Counted from the stretch's first letter, positions 52,419-62,866 are shown. The stretch: 64,000 bases of DNA from Pirellulales bacterium (GCA_963733035.1 CAVTBU010000007.1:256001-320000); one strand, 5' to 3'. Numbers and translations are program-made. Notes: generated by a model from the letters alone, not told the origin.

Positions 52419-53522
52419 ATGTCCTTGCGCCCTGAACGACGAAGACGCCTGCTCACCGACGACGCCGAGATTGCCGGCGATTCGCCACCAATCCGATTGG
52501 CGGGGGGTGGTTCGAGCGATGTGGGAGAAACGGCGCAGGCCTATTCCAAGGCCGCCCACGAAGCACGTAAACGGCAAGTGCACACGCTGTTTCCGTTCTC
52601 GCGGTTGGCGATTGTGCTGTATATCGGCGCGTGCCTGATTGCCGTCGGGGGATGCTTGGGATTGCACGTCACGGCAGCTTCGCTGGCACCGCTACTGGGG
52701 GCAGAAGCCGTTGTTGCGTTGCGCCTCGAAGCGCCCGCTTCGTTGGGACGCTGGTTGGCGTCGACCCTGCTCGGCCTGACGGCCGCCACCGCCGTGTTCA
52801 TATACACGCTCCGGCGACATCGGTTGGACGATTATCACGGTCGCTACCGAGTGTGGATACTCGCGGCCGCGGTCTGCCTAACGCTCAGTCTGGCCGAAAG
52901 CACGAGGTTGCTGGAACTGGGTCGAGCCGTAGCGCGTTTGGCAACTGAGTGGGGACACCTGCGGTTTGAAATCGTCTGGCCGGCGGCCATTGGCCTGCTG
53001 GGAACGGCCCTGGGAATTCGACTAGCCCTGGAAATGCGTCGTTGCACGGCGGCGCTCATGATGTTGGGCATCGCGACGCTCGGATTTGCGACCGCGGCCG
53101 CGGTTTACTGGCAATGGCCGGTGGCGGTCGAACCTTCGGTGGCGCCGCTCTCAAGCCGCGGCAGCTGGCTCATCGGCTACGTATTCGTATTGGCGACCTT
53201 CGTTGTTTACGGACGCCAGATTCAATTGGACGTTGCCGGCGCGACGCTGTCTTCGGCCAAGAACAAACGCGAGAAGCCGGTCGCGGTGCCCAAGGAGATG
53301 GCCGTCAAGGAGACAGCACCGCGCAAACCGGCCTTGAAGCTGCGCACCGACCTCGATCCGGTGGATGTCACGCCGCTGGAAAAAGAGCCGATCAAGCCAA
53401 CCGAAACGAAACCAGGTCCCGCCATCAACGCAATCAGCGACTCCTCGTCTGGTCCGCCAAAACAGCGCCTCTCGCGGGCCGAACGCCGTCGCATGGCTCG
53501 CGAAACGCGCAAGGCCTCCTAG
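52419..53522 (+). CDS. integral membrane hypothetical protein
   Basis: Several hydrophobic helices, RRHRLDDYHGRYRVW loop, Lys/Pro-rich C-terminal tail ending LSRAERRR. Confidence 0.8.
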   Translation: MSLRPERRRRLLTDDAEIAGDSPPIRLAGGGSSDVGETAQAYSKAAHEARKRQVHTLFPFSRLAIVLYIGACLIAVGGCLGLHVTAASLAPLLGAEAVVALRLEAPASLGRWLASTLLGLTAATAVFIYTLRRHRLDDYHGRYRVWILAAAVCLTLSLAESTRLLELGRAVARLATEWGHLRFEIVWPAAIGLLGTALGIRLALEMRRCTAALMMLGIATLGFATAAAVYWQWPVAVEPSVAPLSSRGSWLIGYVFVLATFVVYGRQIQLDVAGATLSSAKNKREKPVAVPKEMAVKETAPRKPALKLRTDLDPVDVTPLEKEPIKPTETKPGPAINAISDSSSGPPKQRLSRAERRRMARETRKAS

Positions 53523-53546
53523 GCCTCTCGTCGGGCGGCAGGCGGC

Positions 53547-54959
53547 TTAGCCCTTGATGAGTAAACGCGAAATGGCTCCCCGCGGAAGATCGCCAACAAT
53601 CAGCGTCTGTGACGTTCCAACTGACTTAAGAATATTCTCGGCAGCCAAATACCCGCTCCGTACCGCGCTCTCCATCGTCGCGGGCCAGCCGGTCGAGGTC
53701 CAGTCTCCCGCAACGAGTATGTCTGGCACGCCGGTTGTTTGTGCCGGCCTTACGCGGTCGAGACCAGGGCAAGTCGAAAAGACGGCGGCCCGATCCGTCA
53801 CAACGCGGGCATGCAGTCGTTTTGCCGCCGCCGCGGCAGGCCAAATGGCTCCCAATTCCCGGCAGACTTCGTCGATAATCTCCTCGCGGTCCCGGCCGGC
53901 CAGATCGCGCGATGCGCTGACGACAACTTGGTAATAGTGTCCACCAGCGCCGTCCGAATTGTTCGCCGAGCGATGAAACACCCATTGACTCAGCCGCCCC
54001 ACGAGCACGGCATGTTCGTGCGGCATGATGGGGCGATCGAACCAGAGGTGCACACCCGTGATCGGAGATGGCTCGATCGCATCGACGGCGGCGAGCCACG
54101 GCCAACGCTGGGCCAGGCTTGCGTCCACCAAGTCGCGCAGCCGAAACCACGGCACGGCCAGCACAACGTAGTCGGGCTGCATTTTCTCGCCACTAGCCAT
54201 TGCGATTTCTGGCCGGTCGTCGTAGCTCACGCGTCTGACCGCCCTGTTCAGATGCAGCTCGATCCCGTGCTCGGTCAGCCAGCGCTCGAGCGATGCGCCA
54301 TAGAGTTCGCCCAGCGGCACCCGCGGCACCTCGACGACGTAGGCCTCTCGTGACGCAAGGAACCCGTCGACAATCACTTTCCGCGCCGCGGCCAACGAGG
54401 CGCGGTCGAGCTCTTCGCCGAGCGCACTGACCAGGATCACGTTCCAATACAATTCGATCGCCCGTGGCGTCTGACCTTGCCGCTTGAGCCACGCGCCGAT
54501 TGTCGGCGAACCTTCGACGTCGTCGGCCCGCATTCGCATCAAATTCCACGTCGCTCTGCCGATTGCAAGTCGGTCGCGCACCGAGAGAAACTTCAGCCCC
54601 CAAAACGCCGGTGCCAAGTGGAATGGGGCCGGAAGCCAGCTCGCGTAAAATGGATAATCGTGCCCGTCGGGACCGATAAAGTGCAGTTGGCGATCGTGGC
54701 GAAATAGATCCGCGATTCCGACGCGGCGGCAAAAGTCAGCCAGGTTTGTGCAGCACCGCATACTGACGTGCTGACACTGATCAACGACTTCGTTCGTGTT
54801 GGAATCGCGAAACGAGCCGGCCCGACCGCCGAGCGCGCGTCGGGCTTCAAAAATCTGAACGCGGCAATTGCCGTCGGCCAGCGCCACGGCCGCTGCCATT
54901 CCGGCCAGCCCGCCGCCCACGATCGCGACGCTCGGTCGGCTTTCGCCGCCGGACATCAT
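53547..54959 (-). CDS. hpnE: hydroxysqualene dehydroxylase (FAD-dependent)
   Basis: VAIVGGGLAG...EAR..LGGRAGS, DQCQHVSMRCC, AGDWTSTGWPATMESAVRSG; translationally coupled to hpnD. Confidence 0.92.
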   Translation of the reverse strand: MMSGGESRPSVAIVGGGLAGMAAAVALADGNCRVQIFEARRALGGRAGSFRDSNTNEVVDQCQHVSMRCCTNLADFCRRVGIADLFRHDRQLHFIGPDGHDYPFYASWLPAPFHLAPAFWGLKFLSVRDRLAIGRATWNLMRMRADDVEGSPTIGAWLKRQGQTPRAIELYWNVILVSALGEELDRASLAAARKVIVDGFLASREAYVVEVPRVPLGELYGASLERWLTEHGIELHLNRAVRRVSYDDRPEIAMASGEKMQPDYVVLAVPWFRLRDLVDASLAQRWPWLAAVDAIEPSPITGVHLWFDRPIMPHEHAVLVGRLSQWVFHRSANNSDGAGGHYYQVVVSASRDLAGRDREEIIDEVCRELGAIWPAAAAAKRLHARVVTDRAAVFSTCPGLDRVRPAQTTGVPDILVAGDWTSTGWPATMESAVRSGYLAAENILKSVGTSQTLIVGDLPRGAISRLLIKG

Positions 54960-55843
54960 GGCACCGCGGCGCCGACCGTACTTTCAACCGCCGTGGTGCC
55001 GCCGGCATACCACTGCGAGGCAATTCGCATCTTTTGCCAGGGACTGAGCTGCACGCGGCGCGACAGTACGTCGCCGTCGAGCCGTTTTATTTCGGCCAGC
55101 AGTGCGCGATAGACGGCCGTCATGCTGCCGAGTATCCGCTGGCCATCGGTCGAGAGGTGCGAAACCAGTTCACTGCCGGCTTCGTACAAGCGTTCGGCCC
55201 GGGCGATCTGAAATTGCATGAGCTGACGAAATCGGTCGTTGCGCACCCCGGCGCGCAATTCGTCGGGTGTATAGTCGAATCGCTGGAAGTCCTCACCAGG
55301 TAGGTAAACCCGACCTTGTTCGGCGTCCTCTTTCAAATCGCGAAGGATGTTCGTGAGTTGGAACGCCAGACCGCAACTTCGCGCGGGCACTTCGGCGGCC
55401 TCGCTCGTACAGCCCCAAATCGGCAAACAGGCCAGGCCAACGGCCGAGGCCACGCGGTGACAATACTCGGCCAGGTCGTCGAACGTTTCATAGCCGACCG
55501 GCTCGAGATCCATTTCCACGCCGTCGATCACGTCCTCCAAATGCCGCAGCGAAATACCGCAATTTCGCACGGTATCGGTCAGCGCCGGCAGCAAGGGATC
55601 GTCGTGGTGGCCGTCCTGCGATCGCAACAACGAACGGCGCCACTGGGCAAGCGCCACCCGCCGGATTTCTATCGGCTCGGAGCTGTCCCCCAAGTCATCC
55701 GTACGGCGCAAATAGGCATAGAGGGCGCACATTGCCATCTGTTGCCGCTTCGGAAGCAGCAGAAACGAATAGTAAAAGCTCGACGCCGAAGCGCGGGCAA
55801 TCTCCTGGCAATGTGCGTAGCTGGCTTCCAGTCCATCGTTCAT
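54956..55843 (-). CDS. hpnD: presqualene diphosphate synthase
   Basis: ARASASSFYYSF, YAYLRRTDDLGD, YCHRVASAVG, AFQLTNILRDLKED. Confidence 0.9.
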   Translation of the reverse strand: MNDGLEASYAHCQEIARASASSFYYSFLLLPKRQQMAMCALYAYLRRTDDLGDSSEPIEIRRVALAQWRRSLLRSQDGHHDDPLLPALTDTVRNCGISLRHLEDVIDGVEMDLEPVGYETFDDLAEYCHRVASAVGLACLPIWGCTSEAAEVPARSCGLAFQLTNILRDLKEDAEQGRVYLPGEDFQRFDYTPDELRAGVRNDRFRQLMQFQIARAERLYEAGSELVSHLSTDGQRILGSMTAVYRALLAEIKRLDGDVLSRRVQLSPWQKMRIASQWYAGGTTAVESTVGAAVP

Positions 55844-56790
55844 GGGCGAGTTTCCCTGCCGCTCTTACGTCCTGTAAAACTTCGCGTGCGCCACCAGCAT
55901 CCGGCCAGTAGCCGCAGTTGAGCTCCCTTTGACAACGTGGGACGCTCCCGCCAAACGTTGTAATTGATTCTTCGAATTGCTCGAACCATCGCCAGGCCGC
56001 CGGCCGCAAACAGCGCGACGTCGAGCCGTAAATCGCGCGGCATCAACTCCACGAGCGGCATGCCTTGCCGCAAGTAGCGTTCGGCCCGGGCGACTTCCTC
56101 GGCCAATGCCGCGCGAAACGGGGCATTGCACGCGCCGCGGGCAAACATCGCCTCGTCGTATCCGGCTCGCGCCAGTGTTTCGGCCGGCAGATAAACCCGG
56201 TCGTTCCGCCAATCGCGGGCCACGTCCTGGCAAAAGTTCACCAATTGCAGGCCCGTGCAAATCGCGTCGGAAAGTTCTCCTCGCCGCTGGTCATGGCAGC
56301 GACCGAGGTACAAAACCAGTCGGCCCACGGGATTGGCCGAGCGCCGGCAATAATCCAGCACGTCGGCCGGCGTGGCATAGCGCGTCGTTTGCTGATCCTG
56401 ACGAAAGGCGGAGAGAAGTTGCAAAAACGGCTCGCGTGGAATATCGAACTCTCGAATTGTCGGTGCCAGCGCGACAAACACCGGATGCTCGGCTTCGCCG
56501 GCGTAGCAACGCTCGAGCTCCTGCTGCCACCAACCCAACAGTTCCAAGCTGCGTTCGGGATCGCCCGTTTCGTCAGCCAGATCATCAGCCCACCGGCAAT
56601 AAGCATAGACGGCAAAAAAATGCGGAAGCAGCCGGCGAGGCAGCAGCCGGCTGGCCACGGTAAAATTCTCGTAGTGACGGCGAGCCAGTTGACGACAGTA
56701 GGTTGCGGCTTCTTCCGCCGAAAACCGTCGCGAGGCGCAAGATTCAGGCCCGAGTCGGCCGAGCTCGGCGACTACCGAGAACTGCCCCAT
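55840..56790 (-). CDS. hpnC: hydroxysqualene synthase
   Basis: RHYENFTVAS, YCRWADDLAD, YCRRSANPVGRL, LQLVNFCQD; GGAGG RBS before ATG 56790. Confidence 0.92.
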   Translation of the reverse strand: MGQFSVVAELGRLGPESCASRRFSAEEAATYCRQLARRHYENFTVASRLLPRRLLPHFFAVYAYCRWADDLADETGDPERSLELLGWWQQELERCYAGEAEHPVFVALAPTIREFDIPREPFLQLLSAFRQDQQTTRYATPADVLDYCRRSANPVGRLVLYLGRCHDQRRGELSDAICTGLQLVNFCQDVARDWRNDRVYLPAETLARAGYDEAMFARGACNAPFRAALAEEVARAERYLRQGMPLVELMPRDLRLDVALFAAGGLAMVRAIRRINYNVWRERPTLSKGAQLRLLAGCWWRTRSFTGRKSGRETRP

Positions 56791-57002
56791 CAAACAAGCC
56801 TCCATCCGTGATGTAACAGAAATGTTTGCGGTTAAGGCAACAGGGATCCGTCCAGCGTGTCTATTCTCATTTGCAGGCAGGTGCATTATGATGAATCGCT
56901 TACACCTTGCAAAGCCAGACCCGTTGCCGTGATAGCACTTCCGGCAGCCCACGCCCAAGCGACCAAACTTCTTCCCAGGCCCCGACTACGGGCAATTGGC
57001 CC

Positions 57003-57944
57003 ATGAAGATCATCCTCGCCAGCCCACGCGGATTCTGTGCCGGCGTCAATATGGCCATCGAAACTTTGGAGTTGGCCATCAAGATCTTCGGTACGCCCGT
57101 CTACGTTTATCACGAGATCGTCCACAACAAGTATGTGGTCGAACGGTTTCGGGCCAAGGGGGCCGTGTTTGTCGAGGACCTCTCGGAGGTCCCGCTGGGG
57201 GAGACGCTGCTTTACTCGGCACACGGCGTTTCGCCGGAGGTCCGACGGGTTGCAGCCGAGCGCAGATTGAAGACGGTCGACGCCACCTGTCCGCTCGTGA
57301 TCAAAGTTCACTTGGAGGCCGTTCGCTACGCGAAGGAAGGCTATACGATTATCCTCATCGGGCATGAAGGACACGACGAAGTGATCGGCACGATGGGCGA
57401 GGCCCCCGAAGCGATCATCCTGGTCGAGTCGCCGCAGGACGTCGATCGCTTGGAGTTGAAGACGGAGAAGCTCGCATATCTGACGCAAACGACGCTCTCG
57501 GTCGATGATGCCAGTCGGATCATCTGCCGCCTCGAAGAGCGTTTTCCGCATATCGTCGGTCCGCCAAAAGCCGATATTTGCTACGCCACGCAAAACCGCC
57601 AGGAAGCCGTTCGCTTGCTGGCTCGCGAAGCCGACGCCGTGCTGGTGCTCGGAAGTCAGAACAGCTCAAACAGTCAGCGACTTGCCGAATTGGCCACCGA
57701 AACGTCGACGCGCACCTTTCTTATCGATGGCCCACGCGATATCGACCTGGCTTGGTTTCGGCCGGAGGACACCGTGCTGGTAACCGCGGGCGCCAGCGCG
57801 CCAGAAACGGTCGTTGAACAGTGCGTCGAGCTTTTGCAGGCAACGTTTGGCGCCGAGGTCGAGTCGCGATCGATCCGCGAGGAGGAAGTTTACTTCCCGC
57901 TGCCGAAGGAATTCCGGCAGATCGCCGGTGCGGCCAAGGGGTGA
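57003..57944 (+). CDS. ispH: 4-hydroxy-3-methylbut-2-enyl diphosphate reductase
   Basis: PRGFCAGV, EIVHN, DATCPLV, TQTTLS, DICYATQNRQ, SSNS, TAGASAP. Confidence 0.97.
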   Translation: MKIILASPRGFCAGVNMAIETLELAIKIFGTPVYVYHEIVHNKYVVERFRAKGAVFVEDLSEVPLGETLLYSAHGVSPEVRRVAAERRLKTVDATCPLVIKVHLEAVRYAKEGYTIILIGHEGHDEVIGTMGEAPEAIILVESPQDVDRLELKTEKLAYLTQTTLSVDDASRIICRLEERFPHIVGPPKADICYATQNRQEAVRLLAREADAVLVLGSQNSSNSQRLAELATETSTRTFLIDGPRDIDLAWFRPEDTVLVTAGASAPETVVEQCVELLQATFGAEVESRSIREEEVYFPLPKEFRQIAGAAKG

Positions 57945-58030
57945 AGGAAGCGGACGTCGGACTTCCTTACGCGGCTTTCCAATCGGGGTCCGCTCGCCTG
58001 CCGTGGACCTCAACTCCTTGGGAGCCCGCG

Positions 58031-58471
58031 CTACGTCGAGTGCAGGTAGCTCTTGAGGTAGTGGTTCTCCATCGTCAACCGATCGTGCTGAGTCTTGACC
58101 ACGTCGCCGATGGATATGAGTCCGACCAGGTCACCCATCTCGACGACCGGCAGGTGCCGAATTCGGCGGTTGGTCATGAGGCCCATCGTGTCTTCGATCG
58201 AGTCTTGTGGCGAGCCGACGACGACATTGCGGGTCATGGCGTCGGACACGCGCAACTGATCGAGCGCAGCTTTGTGGCCGGCACAGGCGCGAAGAATGTC
58301 GCGCTCCGTAATGATGCCGACCATCTCTTGCGACATGCTCTTCGAGTCGAACACAACCAGCGAACCACAATTATGGCTCACCAATTTTTGCACCACGTCT
58401 TCGAGCGAGTCGCTCGCGTCGATGGTATGCACGACGGTCCCTTTGGATCGCAGAATCTCTCGGAGGTTCAT
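58031..58471 (-). CDS. CBS-pair domain protein
   Basis: 146 aa; VGIITERDIL, MTNRRIRHLPV, LVGLISIGDVVK; GGGAGG RBS. Confidence 0.92.
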   Translation of the reverse strand: MNLREILRSKGTVVHTIDASDSLEDVVQKLVSHNCGSLVVFDSKSMSQEMVGIITERDILRACAGHKAALDQLRVSDAMTRNVVVGSPQDSIEDTMGLMTNRRIRHLPVVEMGDLVGLISIGDVVKTQHDRLTMENHYLKSYLHST

Positions 58472-58788
58472 GATTCGCCTCCCGCCCGGTCGAATGACGT
58501 TTGCGCGGATGTGAAAGGGTGCGCGTCTTCACTGCCAGAACTGCACTCAAAAGCATACTCCGCGGCGGGTCGGCTTGTCAAAAAAATGCGCATCTTTCGA
58601 TTTGGCAATCCTTGACGCCCCAGTGGCTTACCCGCGTCCGCCGGAGACCCCGGCGTGCCAGGGGCGGTAGTTGTGTTCGGCCCCGGGGTTGGGTATTTTT
58701 CAGGTATTCGGCCCGCCGCTTCCTCCCCGCCTGAACGGCCGGCCGGTGCCGATGACCGGCTTCCGTTCCCATCGAGTGAGGAGTTTTC

Positions 58789-59904
58789 ATGAGCACACTG
58801 GACCAGGCCACCAGCCAAGAATTGGAAGCCGCCGTCAAGCGGGCCCGCGACCAACTAGACGCCCAGGCGTACGAAATCGTGCAATGGCACTTCCACCCGT
58901 CGACCGGTTGCCCGTTTTGGTTGGAGAAGGCCAAGTCGCTGAAGTTTGATCCGCTGAAGGACGTGAAGTGCTTTGACGACCTGAAGAAGTTCGACCCGTT
59001 TGAGGACGAATGGCTTCGCGGCGGTCCGGTGCGCCGCTGGGTGCCCAAGGCCTATGCCGACAAGCCGATCTATGTCTTCGAGACGGGCGGCACCACCGGC
59101 GTGCCCAAGAGCCGCATCGCCATCGAAGACTTCCGGGTGGACTACTCGCTGTTCTCCAACACGCTCCCTGACGAATACTTTCCGCACGGGGCGAACTGGT
59201 TGATGTTGGGGCCGTCGGGTCCGCGGCGGCTGCGGTTGGCCGTGGAGCATCTGGCGCAACATCGTGGCGGCATCTGCTTCTGTATTGACTTGGATCCTCG
59301 CTGGGTGATCAAGCTTATCAAAAAGGGCTGGATGGAGCACCTTGAGGAGTACAAGAAACACTGCATCGATCAGGCGATCACGATCCTCGGCGCCGGCCAC
59401 GATATTCGCTGCATGTTCACCACGCCGAAGCTACTCGAATCGCTGGCGCTTGAGCTCGAAAAACGCGGCAGTTCGATTCGCGACGCCGGCATTACCGGCA
59501 TCTTCTCCGGCGGCACCGAGTTCACTCCGCAGTGGACGCGTTTCGCCACCGAAGAGTTCCTGGACGGCGTGTATATGACGCCGACCTACGGCAACACGTT
59601 GATGGGGCTGGCTTGCAGCAAGCCCGTTACGGCCGAGGAGAACTACAAAATCTCCTATTTTGCCCCGCAACCTCGGGCTGTGCTCGAGATCGTCGATTTC
59701 GAAGACCAGAACAAAGTGGTCGACTACGGCCAGACGGGTCGCGTCAAGCTCACGACTTTGACCAAGGAGTTCTTCGTGCCCGGCTTCCTCGAGCGCGACG
59801 AAGGCGAACGAGAACCTCCTTACATTAAATACCCCTGGGACGGCGTGAGCGGCGTCCGTCCGTTCCACGAAACGGCCGAGGCCACCACCGTCGGCGTGTA
59901 TTAG
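58789..59904 (+). CDS. GriC/EhpF-like adenylating enzyme (truncated ANL / LuxE-like)
   Basis: WHFHPSTGCPFWL, P-loop FETGGTTGVPK, GPSGP, IDLDPRWV, YGNT, ERDEG, VRP; GAGGAG RBS. Confidence 0.78.
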   Translation: MSTLDQATSQELEAAVKRARDQLDAQAYEIVQWHFHPSTGCPFWLEKAKSLKFDPLKDVKCFDDLKKFDPFEDEWLRGGPVRRWVPKAYADKPIYVFETGGTTGVPKSRIAIEDFRVDYSLFSNTLPDEYFPHGANWLMLGPSGPRRLRLAVEHLAQHRGGICFCIDLDPRWVIKLIKKGWMEHLEEYKKHCIDQAITILGAGHDIRCMFTTPKLLESLALELEKRGSSIRDAGITGIFSGGTEFTPQWTRFATEEFLDGVYMTPTYGNTLMGLACSKPVTAEENYKISYFAPQPRAVLEIVDFEDQNKVVDYGQTGRVKLTTLTKEFFVPGFLERDEGEREPPYIKYPWDGVSGVRPFHETAEATTVGVY

Positions 59905-59927
59905 TCAATCACCAAACACAAACTCGT

Positions 59928-59990
59928 TTAGCCCGAATCCAACGGCGACGGCGTCGAAGCAAACCGACCGCCGTTCGGATATAGCCGCTA
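59928..59990. repeat. REP-like intergenic hairpin
   Basis: ATCCAACGGCG pairs with CGCCGTTCGGAT; preceded by TAGCCCGAA. Confidence 0.45.
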
Positions 59991-60085
59991 CTACAACATA
60001 AAAAATCGTTCGGCTGCAAAATGTGCTCACGCCGACGTGAACACGGCAACCGGTCCCGCATTTCGACCCTCGAGGACTTCCTCAC

Positions 60086-61525
60086 GTGCTGAACATTCCG
60101 ATCCTGCGTTGGGGCAAACCCTACGACTCGCTCGAAAGCGACGAAGTCAAACACTTCATCACCGGCGAACCGATTGCCAAAGTCAGCCAGGCAAATGCGG
60201 GACTGCTGCAGCGCGATATGCGCAAGGCGCCCCATGCTCGCGAAGTGCTGCGCGACATCGCGATCGACGACCTGATCGAGCGCGTCAAAAAAGCCGGCGA
60301 GTTGTATCTGAACGCCACGCTTCCGCTCGGCGACGGCACGCAATCGCCTGATGAGTTTGCCCACATGCAGTCCGCTTCGACCGGCCTGCCCGAGCATATG
60401 TGCAAGGCGAACATGCAGAAGAACTTCTTCGTGCTCTCGCACATGGATCAGATGCTCGATGCCCTGACTCGGGGGCTCGACCTGAACATCCTCTCGAACG
60501 GCTATGGCATGGAAAGCCGCGGCGTGGTGGTGAGCTACCAGGCCCAGGCGCCGGCTGTGGGATTGGTGCTGCCTTCCAACTCACCCGGCGTGCACACGCT
60601 CTGGTTGCCGGTCATTCCGATGCAGATCGGCCTGGTCCTCAAGCCCGGCCCGCAAGAGCCCTGGACTCCCTATCGCATGACCGCGGCGTTCACCGAGGCG
60701 GGCATCCCGCCGGAAGCGATCTCGATTTATCCCGGCGGTCCAGACGTGGGAGCGGCCGTGCTGGCCAATTGCGATCGCAGCATGATCTTCGGCGGGACAC
60801 CCACGGTCGAACGCTACAAGGGCAACCCCAAAGTGCAGGCCCACGGTCCCGGCTTCAGCAAGATTCTGCTCGGCGACGACCTGGTCGACGATTGGGAGAA
60901 GTACATCGACCTGATGGCCGACAGTATTTATCTCAACAGCGGTCGTGGTTGCATCAACTGTTCGGGCATCTGGGCTTCGCGCCACACGAAGGAGATCGCC
61001 CAGGCACTGGCCGAGCGGCTCGGGCCGATTCCGGTGTTGCCGCCCGAGGACCCCAAAGCCGGTCTGGCCGCATTCACCATTCCCGGTGCCGCGCCAGCCA
61101 TCTGGTGCCAAATCGAACAGGGTCTCAAGGAGGAGGGCGCGACCGACATGACCAGTCAGTACGGCCCACGGCTGGAAGAAAAAGAACGCTGTGCCTACCT
61201 CCGGCCGACGATCATTCATTGCAAGTCGCCGTCAGTCGCGCTGGCCAAGGCGGAATACATGTATCCGTTTGCCACGGTCGTCGAGTGTCCACAAGACAAG
61301 ATGCTCGAATCGATCGGCCCCACGCTCGTCTGCACGGCCATCACCGAAGACGCGAAATTCCAGCGGCAATTGACCGACGCCACGCATATCGACCGCTTGA
61401 ACATTGGCCCCATTCCGACGATCAAGCTCGATTGGCTGCAGCCCCACGAAGGGAACATCGTGGAGTTCCTGTTCCGCGCTCGGGCCTACCAGTTGCCGCA
61501 GGAACGACTTGCCGCCGCACGGTAA
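60086..61525 (+). CDS. GriD/EhpG-like ALDH-fold acyl reductase (LuxC-like)
   Basis: GTG start after GAGGA; LPSNSPGVH, LKPGPQEPWT, HGPGFSK where hydrolytic ALDHs have ELGG, catalytic Cys in SGRGCIN, EYMYPF, PHEGN. Confidence 0.8.
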   Translation: MLNIPILRWGKPYDSLESDEVKHFITGEPIAKVSQANAGLLQRDMRKAPHAREVLRDIAIDDLIERVKKAGELYLNATLPLGDGTQSPDEFAHMQSASTGLPEHMCKANMQKNFFVLSHMDQMLDALTRGLDLNILSNGYGMESRGVVVSYQAQAPAVGLVLPSNSPGVHTLWLPVIPMQIGLVLKPGPQEPWTPYRMTAAFTEAGIPPEAISIYPGGPDVGAAVLANCDRSMIFGGTPTVERYKGNPKVQAHGPGFSKILLGDDLVDDWEKYIDLMADSIYLNSGRGCINCSGIWASRHTKEIAQALAERLGPIPVLPPEDPKAGLAAFTIPGAAPAIWCQIEQGLKEEGATDMTSQYGPRLEEKERCAYLRPTIIHCKSPSVALAKAEYMYPFATVVECPQDKMLESIGPTLVCTAITEDAKFQRQLTDATHIDRLNIGPIPTIKLDWLQPHEGNIVEFLFRARAYQLPQERLAAAR

Positions 61526-61553
61526 GATATAGGTGACATACAACAAACCAAAT

Positions 61554-61624
61554 GCTAGCCCCAAGCGCATGCGAGGAGACGCCACCTTGGACGTTCTCAG
61601 GCCTCGCTTGCACCGTGGGCGAGC
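61554..61624. repeat. degenerate REP-like palindrome
   Basis: GCTAGCCCCAAGCGCATGCGAGG...CCTCGCTTGCACCGTGGGCGAGC, an imperfect inverted repeat resembling GCCCGAAGCGCxAGCGAGG-type intergenic repeats I recall from planctomycetes. Confidence 0.55.
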
Positions 61625-61714
61625 GCGAGCCACCGACTTTCCGCTCCCAATTGGGATTGTCGTTGGAACCCAACGCCAAAACCTCCCGCCCCGCGAACCC
61701 ACAGCGAAGCGTGC

Positions 61715-62866
61715 ATGATTCCTTTCGACTACCAGCCGCGCACGCGCATCGTCTTCGGACCCGATAAGATCGATTCGCTGGGGTCGCTGGCGGGCGAATT
61801 GGGGGCTCGGCGAGCGCTGGTCGTCAGCGATCCCGGCATTGTGAAAGTCGGGCACACGGCCCGCGGGCTGGAGTCGCTCGCCAAGGCCGGAATCGAGGCT
61901 CAGCTTTTCGACGGGGTCGAAGAAAACCCAACGACCGAGAACGTCGATGCCGGCGCGGCGTTGGCTCGCCGCTACCAGCCGGAATTGATTGTCGGACTCG
62001 GTGGCGGCAGTTCGATGGATTGCGCCAAGGGCATCAATTTCATCTACACGGGCGGTGGGCGGATGCACGACTATTGGGGCGTCGGCAAAGCCACGCGTCC
62101 CATGCTGCCGATGATCGCCGTACCCACGACCGCCGGCACCGGCAGCGAAACGCAGTCGTTCGCGCTGATCTCCGACGCCAAAACACACGTCAAGATGGCC
62201 TGCGGCGACAAAAAAGCCTCGTTCCGAATCGCGCTGCTTGACCCGGCGCTCACCGTTTCGCAGCCCCTGAGCGTAACGGCCCTGACCGGCATCGACGCAA
62301 TCGCGCATGCGCTGGAAACGTACGTGACCAAAGTTCGCAATCCCGTGTCGCTCGCGTTCAGCCGCGAAGCCTGGCTGCTGTTGGGCGAAAACTTTTCCCG
62401 AGTATTGGCCGAACCGGACAACCTGGAGGCCCGCGGCGGCATGCAGCTTGGCGCGTGCTTTGCCGGTCTGGCGATCGAGAATTCCATGCTGGGGGCGACC
62501 CATGCGCTGGCCAATCCGCTTACCTCGCGATACGGCATCGTGCACGGCCGTGCGGTCGGCCTGATGCTGCCGCACGTGATTCGCTTCAATGGCGTCCAGT
62601 TTGGCACTTGGTATCGCGACCTGCTCGAGGGTACCGGCGGCGCGAACGGATTCCCGCAGCCGGAAAGCGGTTTTGCGGGACTGGCCGACTATGTCGCCCG
62701 GTTGGCGCAGGAGGCGGGTTTGCCCGAGCGGCTTTCGCAGTGTGGCGTTGAACATGCCAAACTCGGTGAGATGGCCGCCGAAGCCGCCAAACAGTGGACC
62801 GGCACCTTCAACCCGCGTAGGGTAGGGGAGGCGGAGCTGCTTGCCTTGTACGAAGCGGCCTTTTGA
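61715..62866 (+). CDS. iron-containing alcohol dehydrogenase
   Basis: ENPT, GGGSSMDCAK, PTTAGTGSE, metal ligands DAIAH, GATH and HG. Confidence 0.93.
   Translation: MIPFDYQPRTRIVFGPDKIDSLGSLAGELGARRALVVSDPGIVKVGHTARGLESLAKAGIEAQLFDGVEENPTTENVDAGAALARRYQPELIVGLGGGSSMDCAKGINFIYTGGGRMHDYWGVGKATRPMLPMIAVPTTAGTGSETQSFALISDAKTHVKMACGDKKASFRIALLDPALTVSQPLSVTALTGIDAIAHALETYVTKVRNPVSLAFSREAWLLLGENFSRVLAEPDNLEARGGMQLGACFAGLAIENSMLGATHALANPLTSRYGIVHGRAVGLMLPHVIRFNGVQFGTWYRDLLEGTGGANGFPQPESGFAGLADYVARLAQEAGLPERLSQCGVEHAKLGEMAAEAAKQWTGTFNPRRVGEAELLALYEAAF

Noticed and set aside
58600..58635. GCAATCCTTGACGCCCCAGTGGCTTAC as a recombination (dif/att-like) site
   Set aside because: Weak dyad symmetry, no integrase or tRNA nearby; more simply part of the divergent promoter.
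58789..61525. lux bioluminescence operon (luxE/luxC)
   Set aside because: No luxAB or luxD in the window; the motifs fit the GriC/GriD-EhpF/EhpG branch better.
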